Assembly: GCA_041661505.1 (NCBI GenBank)
Contig: JBAZUF010000001.1
Location: forward strand, 305,576 to 369,575
DNA from: Patescibacteria group bacterium
GTDB lineage: Bacteria; Patescibacteriota; Patescibacteriia; Patescibacteriales; JBAZCA01
Reading direction: 5' to 3'
Length of the DNA: 64,000 nt
Part shown: positions 17,772 to 27,773 of the stretch, piece after piece
How the letters are laid out: every line of letters starts with the position of its first letter
Numbering within the stretch: position 1 is the stretch's first letter
Notes under the pieces: model-generated
The model's input: the letters and a program-made list of their open reading frames with translations, nothing else
What the model was told of the DNA's origin: nothing
Databases searched by the model: none
Translations under genes and position numbers: made by a program

Positions 17772-19850
17772 CTATTCCATATGCACGCTCTTTTCCCATT
17801 CTCCCAACTGCGCTTTTAATAATGGCCATTTATTCAGACTGGCATCCGCGCCAATCAGCTTTTCGGCTTCCATTTTCGCGGCGCGCATCAGCTGGTAATC
17901 AAAAAGCGAGGCCATTTTCAGCTCCGGAAAGCCTTTTTGAGCCGTACCATAAACTTCGCCCGGTCCGCGGAATTTCAAATCCATCTTCGCCAGTTCAAAG
18001 CCGTCATTAGTCCGGGCCATAGCTTCGAGCCGCAGAAGGGTTTTTTCTGAAGAACTGTCGGTAAAAAGAAAACAATAGGATTCGTGCTCTCCCCGGCCCA
18101 CCCTTCCCCTAAACTGGTGCAGCTGGGCCAGACCGAACCGATCCGCTCCTTCAACCATCATAATAACGGCGTTAGGATAATCGATCCCGACTTCAATTAC
18201 CGAGGTGGAAACAAGAATCTTAACTTCATTTTTTAAAAACCCGCCCATAACCTTTTCCTTTTCTTTCGATTTCATCCGCCCGTGCAAGAGCCCGATTTTT
18301 AAATCCGGAAAAATATGCTTATCCAGTTTTTCAAATTCAACTTTCACCGACTTAACCCCCAGCTTGTCGGACGGATCGATTAAAGGGCAAATGACAAAAA
18401 CTTGCCGCCCTTCTTTTATTTTTTGGCGGATAAATCCGTAAGCCGCTTCCCTTTTTTCTTCGGGCACAATCCGGGTAAGGATTCTTTTTCGGCCTTTGGG
18501 CATTTCTCTTATTTCAGAAACGTCCAGTTCGCCGTACAGCGCCAGGGCCAGGCTCCTCGGAATCGGGGTGGCGGTCATTGATAAAAAATGGGGTGAAAAA
18601 TTTTTGGATATTCCCTTGGCTGAAGATCTCTCTATTAAAGCTTTCCTTTGCTCGACGCCGAAACGGTGCTGTTCGTCGATTATAGCCAAACCTAAATTTT
18701 TAAAGCTTATTTTTTCCTGGATTAGGGCGTGGGTGCCGATAACAATATCGGCGTCCAGTTTCTTTTCGCTTTTAGTCGCAATGCCGACTTTAAATTTCTG
18801 CCCCTTAAAATAATTTTTGGTTGTCTCGTAATGCTGGTTGGCCAAAATTTCCGTCGGCACCATTAAAACCGCCTGTTTTCCGTTTAAAGCGCAATTCAGC
18901 ATTGCGATCATGGCCACGACGGTTTTCCCGCTCCCAACGTCGCCGGACAAAAGGCGCGCCATCGGCCGCTCCTTCTCCAAATCCTTTAATATTTCCCAGG
19001 CGGTTTTGCGCTGGGCATCGGTCAGGGTAAAAGGCAGTCCGGCCGCGAATTCCCGGGTTTCATTTTCAAAAAATCGGATTCTGGGGGCAATGCTTTGGTC
19101 CATCTCCCTTCTCATCAGCTGGGATTGGAGCTGGATTAAAAATAGTTCGTCAAAAGAAAGTCTCAATTTGGCTTTTTCGATATCTTTTTGATTTCTGGGA
19201 AAATGGATTAGCTTAAGCGCGTCGGCTAAGGAAAGGAGTCCGGCTTTCCTTTTTACTTCAATCGGCATCCAGTCCGGAATTTGGACGGCCAAAGGGATGG
19301 CTTGCCTGATGATATATCTTAGTTGCTTCTGGGTAAGGTTGCCGGTCAGGTGATAATTAGGAACCAAACCCTGGGTGTGGATGGCTCCGGCATCTGTCCG
19401 CACTCCAGGCTGGAATTTTTTTTCCGAACTGTGGATAACTGGCCTGACCTTTTCATAAATCGGAGAGCTCATCATTGACCCGCCGTAATCTTCCTCGACT
19501 TTTCCGGCAAGCGATACCATATCCCCGACTTGTAAGACCCGGGTAATAAAAGGCTGGTTAAACCAAATAACCCTTAGGCTTCCGGATTGGTCCGTTACCA
19601 GCGCTTCGGTAACATGCATTCTTTTTTTAAAGCTCCGCTTGTTCTGCAGGAGCTCGATTTGGGCGATTATATTGGCGTTTTCGCCGATTTTCAAGTCGCT
19701 GATTAAAACTTGCCGGGAAAAATCATCATAGCGAAAAGGAAAATAAAATATGAGGTCGCGGATATTTTCCACCCCGAGCCTCTTTAACAGGCGGGCGGTC
19801 GCCCTGCCCAAGCGGTTTAGTTCGATAATATTGGAATCGAGATTAGCCAT
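17772..19850 (-). CDS. recG: ATP-dependent DNA helicase RecG
   Basis: Wedge/OB N-terminal domain, helicase motif I GDVGSGKT, motif II DEQHRFG, motif VI QLHQFRGRVGRG. 692 aa. Confidence 0.92.
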   Translation of the reverse strand: MANLDSNIIELNRLGRATARLLKRLGVENIRDLIFYFPFRYDDFSRQVLISDLKIGENANIIAQIELLQNKRSFKKRMHVTEALVTDQSGSLRVIWFNQPFITRVLQVGDMVSLAGKVEEDYGGSMMSSPIYEKVRPVIHSSEKKFQPGVRTDAGAIHTQGLVPNYHLTGNLTQKQLRYIIRQAIPLAVQIPDWMPIEVKRKAGLLSLADALKLIHFPRNQKDIEKAKLRLSFDELFLIQLQSQLMRREMDQSIAPRIRFFENETREFAAGLPFTLTDAQRKTAWEILKDLEKERPMARLLSGDVGSGKTVVAMIAMLNCALNGKQAVLMVPTEILANQHYETTKNYFKGQKFKVGIATKSEKKLDADIVIGTHALIQEKISFKNLGLAIIDEQHRFGVEQRKALIERSSAKGISKNFSPHFLSMTATPIPRSLALALYGELDVSEIREMPKGRKRILTRIVPEEKREAAYGFIRQKIKEGRQVFVICPLIDPSDKLGVKSVKVEFEKLDKHIFPDLKIGLLHGRMKSKEKEKVMGGFLKNEVKILVSTSVIEVGIDYPNAVIMMVEGADRFGLAQLHQFRGRVGRGEHESYCFLFTDSSSEKTLLRLEAMARTNDGFELAKMDLKFRGPGEVYGTAQKGFPELKMASLFDYQLMRAAKMEAEKLIGADASLNKWPLLKAQLGEWEKSVHME

Positions 19851-20057
19851 ACTTTATTTTCCTTCCCGGTCTCCCAAGAATCCGGAAAATTGTTAAAAAT
19901 AGTATTGCGTCTTTATTAAAATAGATTTATAATAATAATATACTTGCATTTTTCAGAAAAATAATTTATTATAGATAGAATATTTAACCGGGACAGCCAG
20001 TTTCGGAAAAAATGTTTTAGATAATTAATTTAATTTATTGCTAAAGCAATTATCCCA

Positions 20058-20084
20058 TCCAATCCGCCCAGCCGGTGGATTGGG
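20058..20084 (+). promoter_or_regulatory. Leader hairpin upstream of the AdoMetDC-like gene
   Basis: A 10-bp stem ccaatccgcc / ggtggattgg with one G-U pair, which is only valid on the plus transcript. Two further small hairpins follow, the last (ccttt-agaa-aaagg) overlapping the ribosome-binding region. Confidence 0.25.
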
Positions 20085-20130
20085 ACGAGGGTACTAGCCT
20101 AGCTAGTTTCAACCTTTAGAAAAAAGGCCT

Positions 20131-20547
20131 ATGGAAAAAACTTATCAAGGAACGCAGCTCCAGACCCTTACCGAAAATGATTTCGGACCGGACAAAGCCT
20201 GGGGACTGCACGCGGTTATCGATCTTTACGAATGCGACTTAAGCTTAATCAGTTCCGAGGAACAAATAAGAAAGTTCGTGATAGAGCTTTGTAAAGAAAT
20301 CGGAATGAAGCGGCACGGGGAAACCCATATAGACCGCTTTGGGGATGGGGTAACGGTTTCAGAAGGTTATTCATTCATGCAATTCATCGAAACTTCGTCC
20401 ATCACCGCCCACTTTGATGAACCCTACAAAAAAGCTTTTATAGATATATTCAGTTGCAAATTTTTCGAAGCGGAAAAAGCCGTAATTTTTAGCCAGAACT
20501 TCTTTAAATCAAAGAAAGCCAAAGTAACGGTTCTAGTCAGAGACTAA
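20131..20547 (+). CDS. S-adenosylmethionine decarboxylase-like proenzyme (small bacterial/archaeal SpeH type)
   Basis: 138 aa. The layout GLHAVIDLYEC...L...FIETSSITAHFDE...DIFSC matches the G-H...D-Y-C / E-S self-cleavage / HT-PE / D-F-C pattern of pyruvoyl AdoMetDC, here with ETSS at the cleavage position. Confidence 0.6.
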   Translation: MEKTYQGTQLQTLTENDFGPDKAWGLHAVIDLYECDLSLISSEEQIRKFVIELCKEIGMKRHGETHIDRFGDGVTVSEGYSFMQFIETSSITAHFDEPYKKAFIDIFSCKFFEAEKAVIFSQNFFKSKKAKVTVLVRD

Positions 20548-20559
20548 CTGTTTTACAGG

Positions 20560-20589
20560 CCGCCCCGCGTTTCGCGGGGCGGTTTTTTT
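20560..20589 (+). terminator. Rho-independent terminator
   Basis: Perfect 9-bp GC stem ccgccccgc / gcggggcgg with a 5-nt loop, followed by TTTTTTT. Confidence 0.85.
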
Positions 20590-20685
20590 ATAATTCCTAG
20601 CGAACCCTCCAGGCATATTTGAGGCGAGCGGCGGAATTTCATGAAATGCCATGTTCCATGACATTTTTTATTTTAAAAAAACCTT

Positions 20686-21414
20686 TTAATAGGAAATAAT
20701 CAATCCGTTCATTATCCCATATATCCGAATATTCAAATTCTTAAAATCAAGGCACCGTCCGCTTTCCCTGATCCTCTTTCTCAATTCTTTCTTTCCGGGC
20801 AAAACTTTATCAGAACATAAATAAGGCTTCTTTCTCCAGCATCCGAAAATATCGAATTCCATATAATCCCTAACCTGCTTGGGATATTTTTTTAGCGGCA
20901 ATAGATCCTCTCCCTGGCCGATTTTCATTTCATTGCGATTACTATGAAACTTATCAAGAAAACTGTCTCGTTTTTCCGCCCTTTCCTTTGATACGTACAT
21001 AGTCCCATGGCACAAAGGAGAGCCGCAATAGCATGGGTATACTTGTTCATCTTCCTTGTCCAAAGGATCTAAGAAATAACTGATTGTCAGCTCCTCGCCC
21101 CGAAAGATGCGGCGCAACGCGTAATATATCACATGCTCCTTATAAGGAATAGCGTCGCAATTCGGCGAGCAAGAGTTGTTTATAAGATGAACGCCCGGGG
21201 AGGAAAGGTCGGGAATAATACATAAGCCATTCGTAAAGTCCATGGCGTAAAAACCGTGCTTATCCTCGAAAATATCGCTTTCTTCGTCGCTTACCACTCT
21301 TCCGAGATAGTCGCCGATAACCGCTCCGGGCTCAATTTCTTTTAAAGTAAAGACGCCCCGGCCCTTATTCTTAGCGGTCTTAATTTTAAAGTATGAATTT
21401 GGCAGTATGAACAT
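20686..21414 (-). CDS. SET-domain protein (putative lysine/amine N-methyltransferase) with Cys-rich post-SET region
   Basis: GRGVFT N-SET motif, the pseudoknot motif INNSCSPNC (NHSCxPN type), GEELTISY (ELxxxY), then CYCGSPLCHG. Confidence 0.75.
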   Translation of the reverse strand: MFILPNSYFKIKTAKNKGRGVFTLKEIEPGAVIGDYLGRVVSDEESDIFEDKHGFYAMDFTNGLCIIPDLSSPGVHLINNSCSPNCDAIPYKEHVIYYALRRIFRGEELTISYFLDPLDKEDEQVYPCYCGSPLCHGTMYVSKERAEKRDSFLDKFHSNRNEMKIGQGEDLLPLKKYPKQVRDYMEFDIFGCWRKKPYLCSDKVLPGKKELRKRIRESGRCLDFKNLNIRIYGIMNGLIISY

Positions 21415-21426
21415 AACGCTATCAGA

Positions 21427-22833
21427 TTATCTTAAGATTTTTAACTCTTCATTGAATATTTTTAAAATCGGTTCTTGAAAATTTTTCGGCAAATTTACCG
21501 GTTTATAAACGCCGAAAAATTTTTGCCTTAATTCCTTTTCCCGCTTCAGCGCTTCACTAAGATATTTATTCTTAAACAACTCAATCAGATCGCCCCTGAA
21601 GCCCTGGCGATAAGCCATTAAAAACGCTAAAAGCTGTTCTTCTTTAGCTTCCTTAGGTTTTTCGTAAGGCCCGGAAATCTTATCGGAGAAAATCGGATAG
21701 AGATTTTTTTCCTTTTTACCGAACATATTCTTTCCAATCCCCATTTTTTTCGGATCTCCGCCAACGGCGGCCGCGTAAAGGAAGGCGAGCGCGCACATGG
21801 GGCAATTTAAGCACCAGCGGCCGGAAGAGTCCTCCTTAGGATAACAGGACATGGCGTATTCAAGAAGCCAGGGGTAGCGGCTGTAAAGAATTTTTACTTC
21901 CGCCAGATTGTAAATTGCTTCAACCAAGCTTATTATTTCTAGCCGGCCGCCGGTCAACTTCTCGAGTATTTGGTTAAATTTTTTCGTATATGCGGCCGTT
22001 TGGTCAAAAGAAGGATAGCATTTGATATTTTCCCGGCTTAGGTAGCAATGGTTTAAATTCTTTTCATTGCCGAAAATAATATACTTTGCCCCCTCGTGAT
22101 AGGCGATAGGCATTAGCTCCAAAGCAAAAGCCAGCATGCCGTTAATATTTTCCAGCTCCCCAATCGGCCGCTTAATAAACTCCTTATTAAAGTGAATGCA
22201 GTCCAGGTTGTCGCGAAAACCGATTATCGCCTTTCTTTCCTTTTGCTGGAATTTTTTAAAAATCAATTTTCTCTGGCGCCAGGAACGGCGGGTATAATTC
22301 TCTTCGTCCAAGTCGGTAGTAACCGCGAAATCCAGCCCAATCTCTTTAACTAGACCGTAGGACAGAAGGCTCTCCTTGCCAAAGGAAAGCGCTAGTAACC
22401 CCTTTTCGGCCGTTTTTTTAAAATTAGGAAGGCGGTTAATCGCCGGCTCTGAAATAAAGCGCGCCGGACGGCGTTTAAGCTTAGCGGCCAGCCGCGCCGC
22501 CGAACCTTTAGTGATATCGGCAATCCGGCCCAAATCTTTTTCTATTCCCCAGTCGATAAATTTTTTAAGGAAAGGCCGGCGGGTATTAAACGCCAGACCC
22601 TTGTTTAGAACCAAAGGAAGGGTACCAGTCCGGGCGTAAACCAGGTTATCAATTAAAAAATCTTTTTCCGGCTGGGGGAAATTTTCGAAAATCCGCCCTG
22701 GGTATTTTAAAAATCCGTCCTGGCCGTTAAAAACTTCGAGCTTAAAACCGTCGGTCCGGCAGTAAGCCCTGATTCCCATTACAGTTTTATCCGGCGTTAT
22801 TTGCTCATTTTTGTAATTTATTTTCGTATTCAT
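21427..22833 (-). CDS. Conserved hypothetical protein; possible PP-loop-like nucleotide-binding enzyme
   Basis: 468 aa. LALSFGKESLLSYGL resembles a degenerate SGGKDS PP-loop. A C-terminal WCLNCPMCA Cys cluster is present. The 5' end overlaps the upstream GNAT gene by 29 nt. The functional call is weak. Confidence 0.35.
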   Translation of the reverse strand: MNTKINYKNEQITPDKTVMGIRAYCRTDGFKLEVFNGQDGFLKYPGRIFENFPQPEKDFLIDNLVYARTGTLPLVLNKGLAFNTRRPFLKKFIDWGIEKDLGRIADITKGSAARLAAKLKRRPARFISEPAINRLPNFKKTAEKGLLALSFGKESLLSYGLVKEIGLDFAVTTDLDEENYTRRSWRQRKLIFKKFQQKERKAIIGFRDNLDCIHFNKEFIKRPIGELENINGMLAFALELMPIAYHEGAKYIIFGNEKNLNHCYLSRENIKCYPSFDQTAAYTKKFNQILEKLTGGRLEIISLVEAIYNLAEVKILYSRYPWLLEYAMSCYPKEDSSGRWCLNCPMCALAFLYAAAVGGDPKKMGIGKNMFGKKEKNLYPIFSDKISGPYEKPKEAKEEQLLAFLMAYRQGFRGDLIELFKNKYLSEALKREKELRQKFFGVYKPVNLPKNFQEPILKIFNEELKILR

Positions 22834-23707
22834 ACTGGGGTATTTTATCGAAGTGCCATAGGTTTTTCCAGCCGCAATCGCCTAACCCGGCGTCAAAAAC
22901 TTTCGCGCCGACAGAAATCGCGTAATCAAAGTTTACCATGCCGATATAAGCCCCCAGGCCGGAATAGTCTTTGATATTCGAGCCGACTGAAAGATAGACG
23001 TAAGTACCTTTATAGAGAATTGCGTAGGAAACTCCTTCTTTTTTTCCGTTAACTTTGAAAGTTTTAAAATGAACATTAAAATTCTTTAGTAATTCTTTTA
23101 GGGTTTCCCTTTTCGGCGGCTCATTCAGATAAGATTCTTCTTTGTGGCGCTTTATGTTCAGGCTAAAAAGCGAATCAATATCGCTAAAATCATTGGAAAT
23201 TATCTCAATTTTATTTTTTTCCATTTCACTTTTTAGTTTTAAAAATTGGCGGCGCCTTTTTGAAGTAAAAGAATTGGCTAAGTGATCTTCAAAATTCTTC
23301 AAATTTTTTAGCGGAAGAATATATTTATAATCCTCTAACGGCAAGCCGGCAATAAATTCACCCTTCCCTACGAGGTCATAAATAATCACCTTTTCTTTAA
23401 TTTCTTCTAAAAAACGCGGAATATATTTCTCGTACCCGGCTTTAACGAAAAAACGGTTGTCCTCCATAAAATCCTCGCTGAAATATTCGTAGCAATCTTC
23501 ATTTTCATAATATTGGAGCGGTAAAAGCCCGACCAGTTTGCTCCCGTCATACCAGGCGTAAAAATGAAGGGGGTGATTGAAATGTTTATAAAAGGCAAAG
23601 CGAAAATCCCAATTGTCGTAAATCGACAAATCGGGACTTATTTCATTCCAAGCTTTTTTGGCTTCGGGGAGGCTGGTTATTATTTTTAATTTCATAGTCA
23701 GGGACAT
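22805..23707 (-). CDS. GNAT-fold acyl/aminoacyl-transferase of the FemAB / CelD-like (Acetyltransf_6) type
   Basis: C-terminal ...YLSVGSN...GLGAYIGMVNFDYAISVGAKVFDAGLGDCGWKNLW matches the D-x-G-x-GD-x-x-K-x-x-W ending of CelD/BioF2-like GNAT proteins. Confidence 0.55.
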   Translation of the reverse strand: MSLTMKLKIITSLPEAKKAWNEISPDLSIYDNWDFRFAFYKHFNHPLHFYAWYDGSKLVGLLPLQYYENEDCYEYFSEDFMEDNRFFVKAGYEKYIPRFLEEIKEKVIIYDLVGKGEFIAGLPLEDYKYILPLKNLKNFEDHLANSFTSKRRRQFLKLKSEMEKNKIEIISNDFSDIDSLFSLNIKRHKEESYLNEPPKRETLKELLKNFNVHFKTFKVNGKKEGVSYAILYKGTYVYLSVGSNIKDYSGLGAYIGMVNFDYAISVGAKVFDAGLGDCGWKNLWHFDKIPQYEYENKLQK

Positions 23708-23709
23708 TT

Positions 23710-26127
23710 CTAAAAGGAAGACTGCAAGTGGTAATAAGGCGGCCGGTCTTTGTAGCGGCGAATGGTCATTTTTATTATCTCTTCAAGGAATTTTCCATAG
23801 TCGAGGCCGATAAGGGCGGCCGAATCCGGAGTAACGTCCCCGATATTGATCGACGAATTAGGATTTAATTCTAAGACATAAGGATTGTCATTGTCATCCA
23901 CCCTTATTTCCACCCGTCCGTAATCGTGGCAATCCAAGATAGTATAAGTGTCCAGAGCCATTTCGGTCAAAAGCGATTCGAGCCGGCGGGAAATATTCTT
24001 TGGAGGCTGCTGGACTATTATGGAATCATAAGCCTCATTTTGCGACCATTTAGCGTCATAAGGAAAAATGTGCCAATAGCCCGGCGGCATTTCCTTAAAG
24101 ATGGAGCGAGAAAGCGGGAGAACGCGCAAATCTTCTTCGTCATTCCCGATTATGGTCACGTCATATTCATCGCCTTCTATATATTCTTCAATCAAAGCCG
24201 GCGAGTCAAGCTCTTCGATTACCCGCTCAAGCTGGCGATTTAGCTCTTTAACGTTAGTCACTACCGAATCATTGGTAATGCCGATTGAATTGTCGGTATT
24301 GGCCGGCTTGACGATTAAAGGATAGCGCAAATCCTCCCGTATTTTATCATCAAGCGAATAGGCATAATCCCATTTCGGCGTCGGAATGTTATGGTAATTG
24401 AGTAAAATTTTTACCCGGATTTTATCAATGCAGATTGATAAGGTAAAAGGGTTAGAGCCGGTATAAGGTATTTGGAGGATGTCGAAAACCGAAGCGGCGT
24501 GCGGCTCGAGAAGGCTCAAATTGTTAATCCGCTCGCAGACGTTAAAAACCAAATCAACGTCCGATTCTTTTAATTCATTAAAAGCCTTGGAAAAGTCGTT
24601 AAAGTCAAAAAGCGTTACCCGGTAGCCTTTTTCCAAAAGCGTCTTTTCAATGTTTTTACTCACCAGCATAAATTCTTTATCCACCGCATTCGAGTTTTCG
24701 TCATACAGATTGCAGGCTATGCCGATATGGAGGTTTTTCAATTCTTCATCTGAAACGCTCCGGATATGCTCAATTTTAGCCGAGCGCACCAAGGCGTTTT
24801 TAGTTAAAAGCGCTGACGAGAAGCGGTCTTTTCTTTCCGTGCGTCCGAAAGACGAATAGCTTTTGAAAGGCGCGATTTCGATATCTACCTTCTCAAATAT
24901 ATACGCCATGGCCCGCTCGGCATCCGTATAGGAAGACCCTCCGACGATTACCCAGCCGAGGTTTTCGTAGCCGTCCGGAGGAATCAAGACGCTGTCGCCG
25001 ACTTTTTTCGAAAGAAAATATTCAATTACCTGCTCGTGTTTTTTAATTTCTTCGAAGCCGATTATCTTCGTAATTATGCCTGAACTCTTGGGAATAAAAA
25101 ATTTTCCGACGACGTATTTTCTCGCTTCTTTAGGCTGGGTGGTAACGTTCATCCTTAAGGCGATTTCACAGCCGGTCTTGATCAAATCAAAATTGTAAAC
25201 CTGCCAGATATTTTCCTGGGTATAATCCCCGCCCATCCGCGACCCGATTTCAATTATTTTCAGGCCGTCTTTGGATAATTTAACTTCAACGTGGGCTAAG
25301 CTGTCCCTGACGCCCAAGACTATCAAGGCCGACTCGGTAACTTTTACGAGTTCAGCTTCCTGTTCGGGCGTAACTCTCGGCGGAAGATAATCGCCGGTTT
25401 CCATAAAAAACGGCAAATCCATGGCGGTTTTTTCGTGGATGCCAACCACGTGCGGGACGCCGTGCTGGGAGTAGCATTCTAAAGAAAATTCCTGGCCTTC
25501 GATATATTCCTGATAAACAAACTGCTTTTTATTGTATTTAAAAATCGGATCGTATTCCGGGGTGCAATTTTTTAAGACATAATCATATGCGTCTTCGGCT
25601 TCTTTTTCATTAGTCACCTGAACGACAAACTGGCTGTCCGCCCCGTAAACCGGCTTGATTACCGCCGGAAGGCCGACTTCTTTTATCGCCGCTTCCAAAT
25701 CAGCCCAACTCTTAACCAGTTTCTGCTTAATGCAGTTTAAGCCGGTCTGCTTTAAAATTTCCTGCATCTTGAACTTATCCCGGGTATTAATAGCCGTTTC
25801 AAGGGAATTCCCGGCCAGCTTGAACTCGCGGCATATTTTCGCGAGTAGCGGTATGTCGTCCTCCCAAAAAGTAATCGCCCCGTCCAGCTTTATTTTATTG
25901 GCGGATAAATAATCTTTTATCGCTTCGATCGATTCGGGATGATTATAGGTGTCAGCGAGAATCCAATGGTCGACGTAATTTTGGGCCCAATTTTTTTCTT
26001 TGTTTAAAACCAGAATGTTCAAGCCGATTTTCTTCAATTCCTGGAAAATAAATTTTTTCTTTATTGAGCCGGTATTGACGACTAATATTTTTTTTCCGGC
26101 AATGTTTCCGTTATTTCCATTTGCCAT
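23710..26127 (-). CDS. Fusion of two ATP-grasp ligase modules (N-terminal carboxylate-amine/L-amino-acid-ligase-like; C-terminal D-Ala-D-Ala-ligase-like)
   Basis: Module 1: DKFKMQEIL...LPAVIKPVYGADSQFV...QEYIEGQEFSLE...HVEVKL...IIEIGSRMGG. Module 2: DKIRVKILL...YPLIVKPANTDNSIGI...EEYIEGDEYDVTIIG...GRVEIRVD...VLELNPNSS. Confidence 0.75.
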   Translation of the reverse strand: MANGNNGNIAGKKILVVNTGSIKKKFIFQELKKIGLNILVLNKEKNWAQNYVDHWILADTYNHPESIEAIKDYLSANKIKLDGAITFWEDDIPLLAKICREFKLAGNSLETAINTRDKFKMQEILKQTGLNCIKQKLVKSWADLEAAIKEVGLPAVIKPVYGADSQFVVQVTNEKEAEDAYDYVLKNCTPEYDPIFKYNKKQFVYQEYIEGQEFSLECYSQHGVPHVVGIHEKTAMDLPFFMETGDYLPPRVTPEQEAELVKVTESALIVLGVRDSLAHVEVKLSKDGLKIIEIGSRMGGDYTQENIWQVYNFDLIKTGCEIALRMNVTTQPKEARKYVVGKFFIPKSSGIITKIIGFEEIKKHEQVIEYFLSKKVGDSVLIPPDGYENLGWVIVGGSSYTDAERAMAYIFEKVDIEIAPFKSYSSFGRTERKDRFSSALLTKNALVRSAKIEHIRSVSDEELKNLHIGIACNLYDENSNAVDKEFMLVSKNIEKTLLEKGYRVTLFDFNDFSKAFNELKESDVDLVFNVCERINNLSLLEPHAASVFDILQIPYTGSNPFTLSICIDKIRVKILLNYHNIPTPKWDYAYSLDDKIREDLRYPLIVKPANTDNSIGITNDSVVTNVKELNRQLERVIEELDSPALIEEYIEGDEYDVTIIGNDEEDLRVLPLSRSIFKEMPPGYWHIFPYDAKWSQNEAYDSIIVQQPPKNISRRLESLLTEMALDTYTILDCHDYGRVEIRVDDNDNPYVLELNPNSSINIGDVTPDSAALIGLDYGKFLEEIIKMTIRRYKDRPPYYHLQSSF

Positions 26128-26288
26128 ATTCCGCGATTTTCATTTTAATACAAAAGAATGAAAATTTTTATATTTTTTTATTTGATTATATTAATTATAT
26201 GGAGAAAAAATTTTAAATGCAATACTTTGAGCAGTGGATAAAATAAAAAAACCGGACTCGTCCAGTTCGTGCTATCGGATTAAAAAAT

Positions 26289-27773
26289 TTATACTGCCTT
26301 CCTGGCATAATAGTCGACCGGAGCGAAGTCGTCGGTAAGAACTGGCATGTCTGTTTTTATTTCTTCTTTATATAAATTCTTTAGATACTCGTTAAGCTCG
26401 CTATCGTCCGATTGGAAGCTAGGAATTGCGTTAGATTTTAATCCCACTAAAATTATATTTCCTACCTCTCCCTTGCTCGCCTTCCTTACCGGAAAAAGAT
26501 ACACCTGGGGATAAACGCTCTTATAGGTTGCGTATTCAGCCCGAAGAAATTCTCCGCTCGGGCCTTCTATTGAAGAAACTATATTTACTATCGCAACACC
26601 GCCGGCATTCAGCGCGTCATACGTCTTTCCAACTGCTTCCTTGGTAGTAAGCTGATAAGGGATGGCATAAAGCGAACAAAAAGCATCAATAAATATCGCG
26701 TCATACTTATTGCCGGTCTTGTTTAGGAAGGCCCTTCCGTCCTCATGAAAAATTTTTAGTCTTGGATTATCTTTCAGCCTGAAATATTTCTTCGCCAGCT
26801 CGGTGAGCTTCTCGTCAATTTCTACTACATCAAGATCGGCCTCGGGAAATTTTTTTAAATAATCCCTCGGATAAGTATAGCCCGCGCCGCCGATTATCAA
26901 AGATTTCTTAAGCTTTGGCGCAAAATATTTGGCTAAACGATAATACTTCGTATAATCAAAAACTAAATCATCTTCGCCCTCTAAAAATATGGCCGACTGC
27001 GTCCCGTACGGTCCAAATGATAAATTCAAAGTTTTTCTCTTTGTTTTTGCGTCGACTCCGGGATAAATAAAAACTCGGCTATACTTTGTGTCCGTGTCAA
27101 TTAGTCCGCTCTTTTTCTCCAAACTGCCAGTATAAATTACAAAGATGAGCGATGACAGCAAAAGTAAAATAAAAAAAACTTTAGTCTTGATAAGGCTTTT
27201 CGGATAAATGTATATGGCAATAAATCCCAATAGAATTGCTAAAATAATCAATATTTTTAAAGACCCGAAATTTGGAATAAGATAAAACCCGGCCAAAAAC
27301 GTTCCGGCAATACTGCCGACGGTGGACAAAGCATATAAATTTCCGACGGTCGCGCCCGAGTAATTTAAGCTATCCATTTTCAGCTTGACCGCATAGGGCG
27401 AAATCATCCCCATAAAAATACTGGCCGGGGAAAATAATATTAAGGAAGAAATAAAAGAAGACAGCTCCAGATTAAAAAATCCCTGAAAATAATGGAGAGC
27501 CGGCTCCTTGACAATAATTGTAAAAAAAATTGATGCTCCGGAAAGAAAGACAAGGGTGGAAAAAATTTTCAAGCTTGGGTTTTTATCAGCCAGCATTCCG
27601 CCCAGCCAATACCCGATGCTCAAACTCCCGAGTATTACCCCGATTAAGCTTGTCCAGACGAAAATAGATATGCCGAGATAAGGCGCCAAGACCCTTGATC
27701 CGACCAGCTCAAAAATCATAACCACGGCTCCGCATAGAAAAACCGCGATTTCCAATTTTTTTTTCTTAACCAT
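26289..27773 (-). CDS. Fused polytopic membrane domain / spermidine-synthase-like aminopropyltransferase
   Basis: About 7 N-terminal TM spans, then LIIGGAGYTYPRDYL (SAM/dcSAM-binding Gly motif), DVVEID and DAIFIDAF. The likely start is MVKKKK at 27773; the track ORF extends to 27839. Confidence 0.75.
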   Translation of the reverse strand: MVKKKKLEIAVFLCGAVVMIFELVGSRVLAPYLGISIFVWTSLIGVILGSLSIGYWLGGMLADKNPSLKIFSTLVFLSGASIFFTIIVKEPALHYFQGFFNLELSSFISSLILFSPASIFMGMISPYAVKLKMDSLNYSGATVGNLYALSTVGSIAGTFLAGFYLIPNFGSLKILIILAILLGFIAIYIYPKSLIKTKVFFILLLLSSLIFVIYTGSLEKKSGLIDTDTKYSRVFIYPGVDAKTKRKTLNLSFGPYGTQSAIFLEGEDDLVFDYTKYYRLAKYFAPKLKKSLIIGGAGYTYPRDYLKKFPEADLDVVEIDEKLTELAKKYFRLKDNPRLKIFHEDGRAFLNKTGNKYDAIFIDAFCSLYAIPYQLTTKEAVGKTYDALNAGGVAIVNIVSSIEGPSGEFLRAEYATYKSVYPQVYLFPVRKASKGEVGNIILVGLKSNAIPSFQSDDSELNEYLKNLYKEEIKTDMPVLTDDFAPVDYYARKAV

